Source: a bacterium | GTDB taxonomy: Bacteria > Electryoneota > Electryoneia > Electryoneales > Electryoneaceae | Reading direction: 5' to 3' | Assembly: GCA_963675295.2 (NCBI GenBank) | Contig: CAXXKJ010000002.1 | Coordinates: forward strand, 256,001-320,000 | DNA: 64,000 nt | Shown here: piece by piece, positions 51,520-61,145 of the stretch | Layout of the letters: the number at the start of each line of letters is the position of its first letter | Position numbering within the stretch: the first letter of the stretch is position 1 | The notes under the pieces: model-generated | The model's input: the letters and a program-made list of their open reading frames with translations, nothing else | Database searches by the model: none | Told to the model about the DNA's origin: nothing | Translations under genes and position numbers: made by a program

Positions 51520-52640
51520 TCTACGCACTCACCGACTTCCTCGCCGATCAGGGCGGTATCTTCGGCCCGTTACGTGTGCTGAATTACGTGTCGACGCGCT
51601 CGATCATCGCCGCGCTGACGACCTTGCTGCTGGTGATTTTCTTCGCGCCGCGCGTGATTCGCATGCTGTACCTCGCCGGTCAACGCGACAGCCACCGCGA
51701 TTTCGACGAGCACCTCGCCAAGTCCAAGCGTGGCACGCCGACCATGGGCGGCGTGCTGATCATCGGCGCGATGATGGTCAGCCTGCTGCTGTGGGGGGAT
51801 TGGACCAACGGCTACATGTGGGCGGTGACCAGCGCGCTGCTGGTGTTCGGTTTCCTCGGCGCGGTGGACGATGTCGCGAAAGTCCGCGGCGGCAGCGCCG
51901 AAGCGGGCCTCAGCCGTCGCGCGAAACTGGTGATCCAGACGTTGTACGGGCTGGTGCTCGGCGCGCTGTTGTTCCTGCCGAACACGACGCCGTTCCCGCT
52001 CGAAATCGCTGACACCATCGGGATTCCGTTCCTGAAACCGGCGGAATTCGGCGGGCTCAATGTCCACCTGTCTTTCTTCTATGTCGTGTTCGTCGCGTTT
52101 GTCGTCGTCGCGGTCAGCAACGCGGTCAACCTGATCGACGGCCTCGACGGTCTCGCCGCCGGCACGACCATGCTGCCGGTCGCGGTGTACGGCATCTTCG
52201 CCTACATCCTCGGGCACGCCAGCCTGTCCGGCTACTTCCTGTACTCCTTCCAGCCCGGCGTGCACGAACTGGTCGTCTTCACCGCCGCGCTGATCGGCGC
52301 GTTGATCGGCTTCCTCTGGTTTAACGGCTACCCGGCGCAAGTGTTCATGGGGGATACAGGATCGCTGGCGTTGGGCGGGACACTGGCGGTGCTGATCGTG
52401 CTGACCAAGCAAGAACTGCTCTTCCTCATCGCGGGCGGGGTGTTTTTGTACGTCAACGCAACCCATGTCATCGGCGACCGCATCGGCATCAACATGCTCG
52501 GCCGCCGCATCTTCTACCGCACCCCGATCCACCACGCGTACGAACACCTCGGCATCGCCGAAACCAAGGTCGTCCTGCGCTTCTGGATCATCTCGCTGCT
52601 GCTCGCCCTTGTCGCGGTTGCAACGTTGAAGTTGAGGTAA
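51516..52640 (+). CDS. mraY: Phospho-MurNAc-pentapeptide transferase (divergent MraY)
   Basis: KRGTPTMGG, AVDD, NAVNLIDGLDGLA, FMGDTGSLALG, PIHHAYE; ATGA overlap with murG-HEAT. Confidence 0.88.
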   Translation: MIYALTDFLADQGGIFGPLRVLNYVSTRSIIAALTTLLLVIFFAPRVIRMLYLAGQRDSHRDFDEHLAKSKRGTPTMGGVLIIGAMMVSLLLWGDWTNGYMWAVTSALLVFGFLGAVDDVAKVRGGSAEAGLSRRAKLVIQTLYGLVLGALLFLPNTTPFPLEIADTIGIPFLKPAEFGGLNVHLSFFYVVFVAFVVVAVSNAVNLIDGLDGLAAGTTMLPVAVYGIFAYILGHASLSGYFLYSFQPGVHELVVFTAALIGALIGFLWFNGYPAQVFMGDTGSLALGGTLAVLIVLTKQELLFLIAGGVFLYVNATHVIGDRIGINMLGRRIFYRTPIHHAYEHLGIAETKVVLRFWIISLLLALVAVATLKLR

Positions 52641-52659
52641 GGCGGGTCCTCACAAGGCG

Positions 52660-53145
52660 TTAGCTCTGCTTGGCTTGTGTTGTCTGTCCCGCTTCCGGAT
52701 CCTTGTCATCCGGCGCACGGTGGGTGTCGGCACCGTCCGGGTGGAGTCGGATGTACAGTCCAAGCGTCTGATCGGCTTTCTGCGTATGGCTGGTGACATG
52801 CTTGAGAATCCAGTCCCGGAGGGCGTTGTACGTGTCGACATTCACCATCATCTCGCCATCCTGCCACCGCGAAATCAGCAGTGCCAGGTCACGTTTAAAT
52901 CCTTCGTGAATCTGCTTGTGTTCCTCGTAGCGCGGGTAGTTGTACCGTTGCATGATGAATTCTTCGGACTGGAAATGGTAGTGGGTGTAGTCGGCGAGGC
53001 GGCCGAAGATGCTTGCGATGATCTGCGAACCTTTGCCTTGTCGCAGGGCGGTGGTGAGTTCGTCGATGATCGCGAACAGCCGCTTGTGCTGTTCATCAAT
53101 CTGGGGCACTCCGATGTTGTAGCTGTCGTCCCAACGTAACTCCAT
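52660..53145 (-). CDS. Bacteriohemerythrin
   Basis: W...Y.IG...IDEQHK.L, HFQSEE, HKQIH, WILKH...D iron ligands. Confidence 0.9.
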   Translation of the reverse strand: MELRWDDSYNIGVPQIDEQHKRLFAIIDELTTALRQGKGSQIIASIFGRLADYTHYHFQSEEFIMQRYNYPRYEEHKQIHEGFKRDLALLISRWQDGEMMVNVDTYNALRDWILKHVTSHTQKADQTLGLYIRLHPDGADTHRAPDDKDPEAGQTTQAKQS

Positions 53146-53284
53146 GGTGCGGCCTCACGTGCAAACTGTCTGAAAAAGGAGCGATATTACCGACGAGTCA
53201 TCGTGAGCAGGATTAGGATAACATCTGGTGAAACAAAGAGCAAGAATCGTACCGTATGAGCTGTGACAGCTGGAGGATCTGACG

Positions 53285-53848
53285 GTGCCGCAGGACAACA
53301 TCATCACGACCACCCCCCGTTTGATTATCCGTTCGATTCGCGACACGGACATCCCGGTTTTGTACGAACGCATCTTCGGTGATCCGGAGGTGATGCGTTT
53401 CATCAGCTCCGGTGTGTCGCCGAACATCGAGCACGCCGCCCAACGGGCGCACAAGTACATGAGCTGGGAGCAGCGGTTCGGGATGTCGTTCTGGGCGGTG
53501 ATCCTGAAGCAAACGGGCGAGCTGATCGGAAATTGCGGCCTGATACCGGTGGAAGGACACGGTCCGGAGATCGAAATCGGTTACGACACCGCGCAGAAGT
53601 TCTGGCGGCAGGGCTACACCAGCGAAGCGGCGGCGGCATGCCTCAAGGTCGGGTTCGAAACATTGAAGCTGAAACGGATCATCGCGATCTGTGATCCGTT
53701 GAACACGGGCTCGTGGAAGGTGATGGAAAAAATCGGCATGCACAAAGCCGGCACAACGAACAAGTTCTACGGCATGCACTGCCTGTTGTATGACATTACC
53801 GCCGACCAGTTCGCCGAACAGCAGGCGGGCGCTCACGAATCGGGGTAA
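53285..53848 (+). CDS. RimJ/RimL-type GNAT acetyltransferase
   Basis: T.RLIIR, EIEIGY, FWRQGYTSEA, N.GSWKVMEKIGM. Confidence 0.88.
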   Translation: MPQDNIITTTPRLIIRSIRDTDIPVLYERIFGDPEVMRFISSGVSPNIEHAAQRAHKYMSWEQRFGMSFWAVILKQTGELIGNCGLIPVEGHGPEIEIGYDTAQKFWRQGYTSEAAAACLKVGFETLKLKRIIAICDPLNTGSWKVMEKIGMHKAGTTNKFYGMHCLLYDITADQFAEQQAGAHESG

Positions 53849-53864
53849 CCCGAGTCCACGAGAG

Positions 53865-53890
53865 TAAATCGGACACGCGTATCCGATTTA
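53865..53890. repeat. Palindrome family P copy 2
   Basis: TAAATCGGACACGCGTATCCGATTTA (one mismatch). Confidence 0.88.
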
Positions 53891-53981
53891 ACGGGACAGA
53901 GAAATGCCACGGACAGACAGCGCCCGTGGCATCCTTTTCGCCCACGCCTGGCTGGATCGCCCAGATGCGACCAGCCAACCG

Positions 53982-54473
53982 TTATTTCTTCGTCATCTCC
54001 AGCGCGATGGCAAACGGATCGCTGGATTTTTTCTTCGCGTACTCTTCCGCTTCCTGGTCGGTCCACGGCTTATCGTCCCACACCAGCGCGCCGGTCGGGC
54101 AGTATTTCGCACAGGCCGGGTCGCCTTTGCAGACGTCGCACTTGATGTATTCATTGTGCGTGTCATCGTAGTCCATGCAGCCGAACGGGCAGGCCTTGAC
54201 GCAGAACCCGCAGCCGATGCACTTGTCGTTGACTTCGATCGCGCCGGTTTCCGGGTTGCGTTCCAGCGCGCCGACGGGGCACACCGCCATGCACGACGGT
54301 TCGTCACACTGCAGGCACAGCAGCACGAAGTTGTTCTGATCGTCCACCTTGAACGACTGCACCCGTGGCCGTGCGGGCACGCCGGGGACAGGTGTGTTCG
54401 CCAGGCTGCAGGCTTGTTCGCAGACCTTGCAGTCGATGCAACGGTACGGGGTTACGTACAGGCGCTTGCTCAT
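53982..54473 (-). CDS. 4x[4Fe-4S] electron-transfer protein (DmsB/HydN-like)
   Basis: CIDCKVCEQAC, CLQC..PSC..VCP, CIGCGFCVKACP, KCDVC...PAC..YCP. Confidence 0.9.
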   Translation of the reverse strand: MSKRLYVTPYRCIDCKVCEQACSLANTPVPGVPARPRVQSFKVDDQNNFVLLCLQCDEPSCMAVCPVGALERNPETGAIEVNDKCIGCGFCVKACPFGCMDYDDTHNEYIKCDVCKGDPACAKYCPTGALVWDDKPWTDQEAEEYAKKKSSDPFAIALEMTKK

Positions 54474-54530
54474 CGTTCGCCTCTGTCTATCTTGGCCGGG
54501 GCTTTCAACCCCGGTTTCGTTGTTCTGTTC

Positions 54531-54629
54531 ATGCCCCAGACATTCATGTCTGGGATCATCCGCGTCTGCAAGATGTTTGACACGGCCACACGTGTTTGAA
54601 CTCTTACCACGGACTTTAGTCCGTGGTAA
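54531..54629. repeat. Family R doublet plus a CCACGGACT-type palindrome
   Basis: ATGCCCCAGACATTCATGTCTGGGAT-C-ATCCGCGTCTGCAAG...ACACGGCCAC; TTACCACGGACT-TT-AGTCCGTGGTAA at 54604-54629. Confidence 0.85.
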
Positions 54630-54638
54630 ATGGGAAGA

Positions 54639-55460
54639 TCACTTCGCGTCTTCCGCCAGACGATCTTCGACATCGGCGACCCGGCTCAACTTCCGCGCGT
54701 ACTCGTACCGTTTCACCTTCGCCGATTCCTGCTTCATCGTTTCCGGCCACACCAGGCCGTTGCCCTCGGCGCGTTTCTGCACATGCGAGAGATACTCCGG
54801 TGTGCCGAGCACTTCGCCGGTGCGTTCGTCGGTGACGAGGTCGAATTCCTTGTCCCAGATCCGGCGCTTGCCGTTATCGTTTTCGACGAACGGGATCGCG
54901 TCGGTCGGGCACAGTTTCGCGCACACCAGGCAGCCGATGCAGGCGTCCTTGTTCGGCACGTCCACGTATTTGTCCGGCCCACGGCTGAGCGTGGCGATGG
55001 CGCTGCGGCCGATCGCTTCGCACGCGCGCACGCAGATCGTACACATGATGCACGTATCGTCCGTGTCGCGTGGGGTGTAGGACGTTTCGGTGACACCGTA
55101 GTCGGCGGCGAGCTGCTTGATGTAGTCGCTCTCCGGCACACGGGCCATCTGCAGATCGAGCACCACGCTCCGGTTCTGCCGTACCTCGTCCGAATCGGTC
55201 CACACCTTCAGGCCTTCCTCGACCGGGTACAGGCAGCTGGTGACGAGCTGTTTGTACCAGTCATCCCAGCCCGGTTTCTGGATTTCGACGACACACAGGC
55301 GGCATGCGCCGAAGGGTTCCAGCGCCGGATGTGCGCACAGGCTCGGGACATCGATACCCATCCCGCGCGCCACGTCGAGGATCATCGCGCCTTTCGGTGC
55401 GTCAACCTCGCGGTCGTCAATGGTCAGATGGACCGTCTCGTTTGTTTTTGCTTCGCTCAT
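54639..55460 (-). CDS. HydA/NuoG N-terminal-like Fe-S subunit with no H-cluster or molybdopterin domain
   Basis: PSLC...GACRLC...SC [2Fe-2S]; CIMCTICVRAC and CIGCLVCAKLCP; only about 273 aa. Confidence 0.85.
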   Translation of the reverse strand: MSEAKTNETVHLTIDDREVDAPKGAMILDVARGMGIDVPSLCAHPALEPFGACRLCVVEIQKPGWDDWYKQLVTSCLYPVEEGLKVWTDSDEVRQNRSVVLDLQMARVPESDYIKQLAADYGVTETSYTPRDTDDTCIMCTICVRACEAIGRSAIATLSRGPDKYVDVPNKDACIGCLVCAKLCPTDAIPFVENDNGKRRIWDKEFDLVTDERTGEVLGTPEYLSHVQKRAEGNGLVWPETMKQESAKVKRYEYARKLSRVADVEDRLAEDAK

Positions 55461-55483
55461 GAGTTTCCTCAAGGCTCCGGTAC

Positions 55484-55674
55484 TACCGCGGACTGAAGTC
55501 CGTGGTAAGAAGTGTATGTAAAGCTATCACATGCCCACGACATGAACGTCGCGGATCATCGTCGTTTGTGCCCCAGACGTTTGTATCTGGGATCATCATC
55601 GCTTGTGCCCCAGACATTCATGTCTGGGATTAACCACCGTATTCAGGTCCGCGTCTGCAAGCAGACACGGCCAC
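55484..55674. repeat. CCRCGGACT palindrome, three family R units at 37-bp period, and one inverted unit
   Basis: TACCGCGGACT-GA-AGTCCGTGGTA at 55484; TGCCC units at 55532, 55569 and 55606; inverted CCGCGTCTGCAAGCAGACACGGCCAC at 55649-55674. Confidence 0.85.
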
Positions 55675-55724
55675 GCTTCTACTTTTACTATCAGTTACTA
55701 TCTTTTACTATCCGTCACTTCTGT

Positions 55725-57659
55725 TCAAGCTACCGCGTCGCGGCTGACGATCTTGTCGCCGCTCTTGATATCCACCGCGTCAAACTTACAGACGCTCTTG
55801 CAGATCCCGCACGAGATGCACTTGTCCGGATCGATGGTGTACATCTTCTTCTTCACGCCGGTGATCGCTTCGGTCGGGCAGTGACGCGCGCAGATGTCGC
55901 AGCCAGTGCAATCCTCGTTGATCTCGTACGTGATCAGGCTCGGGCACACCCCCGCACGGCATACCTTGTGCTGGATGTGCTCTTCGTACTCTTCGCGGAA
56001 ATACTTCAGCGTCGAGGTGACCGGGTACGGTGCCGATTTGCCAAGCGCGCACAGGCTGGCGACTTCCATCGTGTGGCACAGCTTTTCGATCTTCTCGATG
56101 TCGCCGTCCTCGCCCTCGCCCTTGGTGATCTTGTCGAGCAGGTCGTAGACCTGGCGCAGGCCTTCACGGCACGGGACGCACTTCCCGCAGCTTTCACCGA
56201 TCAGGAAGTTGATGAAGTATTTTGCGACGTCGACCATGCAGGTGTGATCGTCCATCACGATCATCCCGCCCGATCCCATCATCGCGCCGGCACGGCTGAG
56301 CGTGTCGAAATCCACCGGCAGGTCGAGCTTGTCGGCCGGGAGGCAGCCGCCGGACGGTCCGCCGGTCTGTACCGCCTTGAACGGGCGGTCGTCAATGATT
56401 CCGCCGCCGATGTCGTAGATGATCTCGCGCAACGTGCGGCCCATCGGCACTTCGATCAGGCCGGTGTGTTTCACCTTGCCGACCAGCGAAAACGCCTTGG
56501 TGCCCTTGGACTTGTCGCGTCCCATGCTGGCGAACCAGCCCGCGCCCTTGTCGATGATCGCCGGGACGCAGGTGAAGGTCTCGACGTTGTTCAGCACCGT
56601 TGGTTCGTCGTGCAGGCCTTTTTCGACGCTGCGCACATACTTCGCGCGCGGTTCGCCGACCTTGCCTTCGAGCGAACGCATCAGCGCGGAGGATTCGCCG
56701 CAGACAAACGCGCCGCCACCACGGGAGATGCGAATGTTCAGCGTCATCCCGGTGCCGAGGATGTTGTCCCCGAGCAGGCCGGCGGTGTGCAGCTTATCGA
56801 TCGCCAGTTGCAGGTGTTCGACCGCCAGCGGGTACTCGTGACGGACGTAGATGTAGGCATCGGTCGCGCCCAGCGCGTACGCCGCGATCATCATCCCTTC
56901 GAGCACGCTGTACGGGTCGCCTTCCATGATCGCGCGGTCCATGAACGCGCCCGGGTCGCCTTCGTCCCCGTTGCAGATCAGCCACACCCGATCCTGCTTC
57001 ACCCGCAGCGCGCCACGCCATTTGCGACCGGTGGAAAAACCCGCGCCGCCACGTCCACGCAGCCCACTCTCCTCGACCTGGTCAATGACCGCCTCCGGCG
57101 TCATTTCGGAAATCGCTTTCGCGAACGCCGCGAATCCGCCTTCGGCGAGGAAATCGTCAAAGCTGGTCGGGTCGACGACGCCGACATTCCGCAACGCCAC
57201 CCGCACCTGCAAACTGTAGAACGGGATGTCGGTGTAACGTTCGGCCTTGCCGCCACCACGTTCATGGCCCAGCTCATACAGCAGCGGGTCGACGAGCTGA
57301 TCGTTCAGCAGCGTCTTTTCGACGATCTTCTTCGCGTCGCGCGGTTTCACGCCGGTATAGAATGTGCCTTCCGGTTCGAGCGTGACCACCGGCCCGGCTT
57401 CGCACATGCCGTGGCAGCCGGTGCACTTTTCGGACAGGGTTGCGTCCAGCTCGAGTCCGGCGGCTTTCAGTTCCTTCGCGTGCGATTTGATCTCGCTCTG
57501 GAACTGTTTGTGGATGTCCTTCGCCCCGCGTGCGATACAGCCCGGCCCGGCGCAGACACGGATTTCCTGCTTGATCGCCTTGCGTTCGGTCCGGATAGCT
57601 TCAGCGCGTTCGAGCAGAGCCTGCGGGCTGCCAAAGGGTTTGCCGTTTCCTGAAATCAT
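55725..57659 (-). CDS. HydB/NuoF-like FMN/NADH-binding subunit with extra Fe-S domains
   Basis: GLRGRGGAGF, NGDEGDPGAFMDR, FVCGE, GGPSGG, ESCGKCVPCREG, H....C....C; N-terminal [2Fe-2S] and C-terminal 2x[4Fe-4S]. Confidence 0.92.
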   Translation of the reverse strand: MISGNGKPFGSPQALLERAEAIRTERKAIKQEIRVCAGPGCIARGAKDIHKQFQSEIKSHAKELKAAGLELDATLSEKCTGCHGMCEAGPVVTLEPEGTFYTGVKPRDAKKIVEKTLLNDQLVDPLLYELGHERGGGKAERYTDIPFYSLQVRVALRNVGVVDPTSFDDFLAEGGFAAFAKAISEMTPEAVIDQVEESGLRGRGGAGFSTGRKWRGALRVKQDRVWLICNGDEGDPGAFMDRAIMEGDPYSVLEGMMIAAYALGATDAYIYVRHEYPLAVEHLQLAIDKLHTAGLLGDNILGTGMTLNIRISRGGGAFVCGESSALMRSLEGKVGEPRAKYVRSVEKGLHDEPTVLNNVETFTCVPAIIDKGAGWFASMGRDKSKGTKAFSLVGKVKHTGLIEVPMGRTLREIIYDIGGGIIDDRPFKAVQTGGPSGGCLPADKLDLPVDFDTLSRAGAMMGSGGMIVMDDHTCMVDVAKYFINFLIGESCGKCVPCREGLRQVYDLLDKITKGEGEDGDIEKIEKLCHTMEVASLCALGKSAPYPVTSTLKYFREEYEEHIQHKVCRAGVCPSLITYEINEDCTGCDICARHCPTEAITGVKKKMYTIDPDKCISCGICKSVCKFDAVDIKSGDKIVSRDAVA

Positions 57660-58246
57660 GCCGGCTTCTCCTTCTTCAGCATTTTGCCGATGTTGCCGGG
57701 TGCCATGTTGGCGTAGTAATTGTCGCCAACCATCACCACGGGCGCCATGGCGCATGCGCCGACGCAGTTGACCGTTTCGAGGCTGTAGTCGCCGTCTTCG
57801 CTCATCCCGTGCCCGGGTTCGACCTTGAGGCTGCGTTTCAGCTCATCGACCAGCATCCCGGCGCCACGGACATGGCACGCCGTTCCGAGGCACACCTTGA
57901 CCGTTTTCTTGCCCTTCGGCTCAAGCGAAAATGCCTTGTAGAACGTGGCGACGCCCTGCACCTTGCCGAACGGGACACCGAGCTTCTCCGCTACCCGCAG
58001 CAACGCCTTCGGCGGCAACCACTGGTAGTGGTCGTTCAGCTCCTGCAGCACCATGATCAGGCTGGGCTCTTCCAGCGGATAATGGGCGAGGATCTCGTCC
58101 GCCGCGCGTTCCTCGTCACTGAGGTCGCTCGGTCGTGATTTGTTCGGCCGGGGCGGAGCTTTCGCGCCGGTATCGCCGGCAGCGGGCTCCAACGCCTCGG
58201 TGTTGTCGAGATCGACGTCGGTTTTCTTCGCGCGACGCGGGCTCAT
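57656..58246 (-). CDS. HydC/NuoE-like [2Fe-2S] subunit
   Basis: GVATFY, VCLGTACHVRG, NCVGACAMAPV; ATGA overlaps at both ends. Confidence 0.92.
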   Translation of the reverse strand: MSPRRAKKTDVDLDNTEALEPAAGDTGAKAPPRPNKSRPSDLSDEERAADEILAHYPLEEPSLIMVLQELNDHYQWLPPKALLRVAEKLGVPFGKVQGVATFYKAFSLEPKGKKTVKVCLGTACHVRGAGMLVDELKRSLKVEPGHGMSEDGDYSLETVNCVGACAMAPVVMVGDNYYANMAPGNIGKMLKKEKPA

Positions 58247-58797
58247 AGCACAGCCTCCAGCGCTTGCTTGGCGATTTTTGCGCCTTCCCGGATGCAGGCG
58301 ATGTTCGACTCGATGAACTGCGGCTTGCGGGCGAAGGTGACCGGCACCTGCGCGACCACGGTTTCGAGGCTGACCACCCCGGAGCATGCGACATACGCGC
58401 CGAGAATGACCATGTTCGCGCCACGGTTGTTGCCGAGTTTCATCGCGACGTCATTGGCCGGCACCAGGATCTCGTGCACGTCTTTCCGTTGCACACGGTC
58501 CGGGATCAGGGTGCTGTTGACCAGGATGAAGCCGCCCTCACGGATCGTCGGCTCGAATTTCTCGAGGCTCGGACGGTTCATCGCGACGAGATCAGATGGG
58601 TTGTTCACCACCGGGCTGCCGATCGGATGGTCGGCGATCACGACGGTACAGTACGCCGTCCCGCCGCGCATCTCCGGGCCGTACGATGGCACCCACGCCA
58701 CCTCTTTGCCTTCTTCCAGGGCGGCGTCGGCGAGGAAATGCCCAGCCGACAAAATGCCCTGCCCGCCGAATCCGGCGAATTTCACTTCACGTTGCAT
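58243..58797 (-). CDS. 2-oxoacid:ferredoxin oxidoreductase gamma subunit
   Basis: AGFGGQG, PSYGPEMRGG, ANMVILGA. Confidence 0.93.
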   Translation of the reverse strand: MQREVKFAGFGGQGILSAGHFLADAALEEGKEVAWVPSYGPEMRGGTAYCTVVIADHPIGSPVVNNPSDLVAMNRPSLEKFEPTIREGGFILVNSTLIPDRVQRKDVHEILVPANDVAMKLGNNRGANMVILGAYVACSGVVSLETVVAQVPVTFARKPQFIESNIACIREGAKIAKQALEAVL

Positions 58798-58888
58798 CGT
58801 CTGTCCTCCAACCGGGAGGGTTGGTTTTGTTCAAATGGGGGACACTCGCACGAAGTAGGGGTGTCCCCATGTCTTATGTATCAGAGGG

Positions 58889-58981
58889 TGTCATCCTGAA
58901 CGCAGTGAAGGATCTCTAGATTATCCAACGTTTTACCCAGCTGGAGATTCTTCACTTCACGTCGTTCCGTTCAGAATGACA
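58889..58981. repeat. Family G element copy 2
   Basis: TGTCATCCTGAACGCAGTGAAGGATCT ... AGATTCTTCACTTCACGTCGTTCCGTTCAGAATGACA. Confidence 0.85.
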
Positions 58982-58996
58982 TCGTATATCATCCAA

Positions 58997-60937
58997 TTAC
59001 TTCACCACCACCAGTCGTTTCGTCTGGGTGTAGGCTGAACCGGCGTCAACGCGCACGAGGTACGTCCCGCTCGGGTAGTGATCGAGCTCCAGGTGCAGAC
59101 GCTGTCCGCCGGGATGAATCACGCCGGCGTCAATGGTGTCCACTGTGCGGCCGAGGATGTCGCTGATCGCAACGGTCACCCGCTGCGCCGTCGGCACGGA
59201 CACGGTGATCGTCGTCGCGGCGTTCGCCGGGTTCGGGTAGACCTGTACGTCCAGATCCGCCCGTACCGCCAACGGTTCGTTTTCACCCGCCGTCACCGTC
59301 GTTCCGTCAAACGCGTTCGCCAGTTCGGACGGCGCGGAGCCGCTCATTGTCCACATCTGCGGCGCCGTGCTGGACGCGACCGTATTCGCGGTCACGGTGA
59401 ACGCAAACTCATCCTGCGCGGCGACGAAATTCGGGAAAATGCCGGCGTACGCGTGCCACGTATAGTCGCCCACCGGTGCCATCTGCGGGATTGGCTGCGT
59501 GACGTTTGCGACACTCAAGTCCATGTTGTCTTCGAACTGCAGGCGAACGCGTGCGACCGGCCCGTACAGGCTGCCGTTCGGCAGGGTTGCCGCCAGCCAG
59601 ACGTCGCCCGGACGATTCATCGGCAAGTCGCCGGTTGTTAGCGCGATACCGTAGCTGAAGCTTCCGCCGCGCGGCACATTGATCGGCGTGTTGTGCGGCG
59701 TCAGGGTCAACGTGACCAGCGGATTCGTGCCGCCGGACACCCCTTCGAAGCAATACGCACCGCCGCTGCTGGCGGAGATGATGTCGCCGTTGTTCGCGAC
59801 TGCCGCGCCGGCGTAGTGGTTGTTATTGAGCGGATACGACCACAGTTCGGCCAGGGTCGCCGGGTCCAGCGCGTAGAGGCGCCCGTCGCTGGTGCCGGTC
59901 GCGCAGTAGATGGTGTTGTTGTCGTCCACAGCGAAGCGCGGGTAGCCGAGATAGGTTCCGCTGGTCAACGGGGCGGAGGTTGCGAGCACGTCGCCGGTCG
60001 CGTAGGCGTGACGCTTGACCACGGTCGCGTGCGTTACCACGACGTCGCCATTGTCCAATGTTGCGAAGTGTCCGCCGATGGGTGGAATCGGTCCGAAGTT
60101 GACCGGAACCTGCCACACGATCTCGAAGCCGGTGCCGGTGTCTTCGACACGGAACAGGTCGCCGCCGTCGCGGATGATGTAGATCGCGCTGTCGTCGTGG
60201 ACGCTGAACGGGATTTCCTGGTCGCCGTCCCCGGGCAACGAGATGCTGTACAGTTCGGTGCCGGTGGTGAGATCCCACGCGGTAAATTCCACCTGGCCGA
60301 TGCCGCCGTCCCAGCCGTACACCTTCTCGCCGTAGACGCAGACATGTTCCGATCCGCCGATCACCGCGCAGACACGGGGCGTCGTCCAGACAATCGAGCC
60401 GTCCGTGTGGTCCAGCCGTGTCAGCAGGTAGCTGCCGTTCGGGTCCTTGGCGTTGACGATCAGGTCGCCGTTGTTCGCGAACGCCGCGCTGGCGATGATG
60501 CCCTGCTTGAGGCCGGTTTCCGCGATCCAGAGGATCGAACCGTCCGCGGGATCAAGCGCGTACAGCGTATCGTTGTTGGTTTCCTGGAATCCGAGGGCGT
60601 AGATCTGGCCGTCCCGGAAGCCGACCGGCAACGATCGTGTGCTCGGCCCGGGCAGGTCCACAGACCACAGCTCCGCGCCGGTGTTGACGTCGAGGCAGAC
60701 GATGGGGGAGAAGTCGATCGTGTTGAACCGCATCATCGCGGCGTAGTCGCCGTCGGTGTAGATCGGTCCGGCGAACAGGCACGGGTCGTTGTATGTCCAG
60801 CGCAGGGTCGCGTCATCGGGTCCGACGAAATCCGCCTGTCCGTTTCGCAGGCTGCCGCCGCCCATCGTGTGCCATGCGGCGAGGACGGAGATCGGGAGCA
60901 ACGCGCAGATCAGAATCGCGAGTACGGTGGTTTTCAT
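58997..60937 (-). CDS. Secreted PQQ-like beta-propeller protein with Ig-like domain and YPNP sorting domain
   Basis: GGGAGG RBS; signal peptide; LYALD...G..LW repeats; VYPNPAN...SGTYLV...KRLVVVK. Confidence 0.88.
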   Translation of the reverse strand: MKTTVLAILICALLPISVLAAWHTMGGGSLRNGQADFVGPDDATLRWTYNDPCLFAGPIYTDGDYAAMMRFNTIDFSPIVCLDVNTGAELWSVDLPGPSTRSLPVGFRDGQIYALGFQETNNDTLYALDPADGSILWIAETGLKQGIIASAAFANNGDLIVNAKDPNGSYLLTRLDHTDGSIVWTTPRVCAVIGGSEHVCVYGEKVYGWDGGIGQVEFTAWDLTTGTELYSISLPGDGDQEIPFSVHDDSAIYIIRDGGDLFRVEDTGTGFEIVWQVPVNFGPIPPIGGHFATLDNGDVVVTHATVVKRHAYATGDVLATSAPLTSGTYLGYPRFAVDDNNTIYCATGTSDGRLYALDPATLAELWSYPLNNNHYAGAAVANNGDIISASSGGAYCFEGVSGGTNPLVTLTLTPHNTPINVPRGGSFSYGIALTTGDLPMNRPGDVWLAATLPNGSLYGPVARVRLQFEDNMDLSVANVTQPIPQMAPVGDYTWHAYAGIFPNFVAAQDEFAFTVTANTVASSTAPQMWTMSGSAPSELANAFDGTTVTAGENEPLAVRADLDVQVYPNPANAATTITVSVPTAQRVTVAISDILGRTVDTIDAGVIHPGGQRLHLELDHYPSGTYLVRVDAGSAYTQTKRLVVVK

Positions 60938-61029
60938 GCTGCGTCCTCCCGTTAACGTTGAACGAATCGTTTCCGTCATGTCCGGCTGCAGTTTCCAGCT
61001 CAGCTGAACGGCCTTTCAGACGGTACTTT

Positions 61030-61094
61030 TAAATCGGACACGCGTGTCTGATTTATCTGTTTGTCCCGACGGCAAGTGAGCTCGTCGGGCTTAC
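61030..61094. repeat. Palindrome family P copy 3 plus a family R-like unit
   Basis: TAAATCGGACACGCGTGTCTGATTTA; TGTCCCGACGGC-AAGTGA-GCTCGTCGGGCTTAC. Confidence 0.8.
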
Positions 61095-61145
61095 AGGATA
61101 TTTCAGTTACCGACAACCATTCACCGCTTACCTAAGGCCCATAGC

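Noticed and set aside
49417-51528. Long antisense ORFs (703 aa here; also 55512-57653, 6469-7842, 17390-18733, 59693-60955)
   Set aside because: Shadow frames of well-supported genes in GC-rich DNA, with no recognisable motifs.
55531-55634. CRISPR array
   Set aside because: Only three degenerate units, linkers of about 10 bp that resemble each other, no cas genes; the units belong to the dispersed hairpin family.
54639-58246. Respiratory complex I nuoEFG or [FeFe]-hydrogenase
   Set aside because: No other nuo genes, no H-cluster motifs, and the G/A-like subunit is only about 273 aa.
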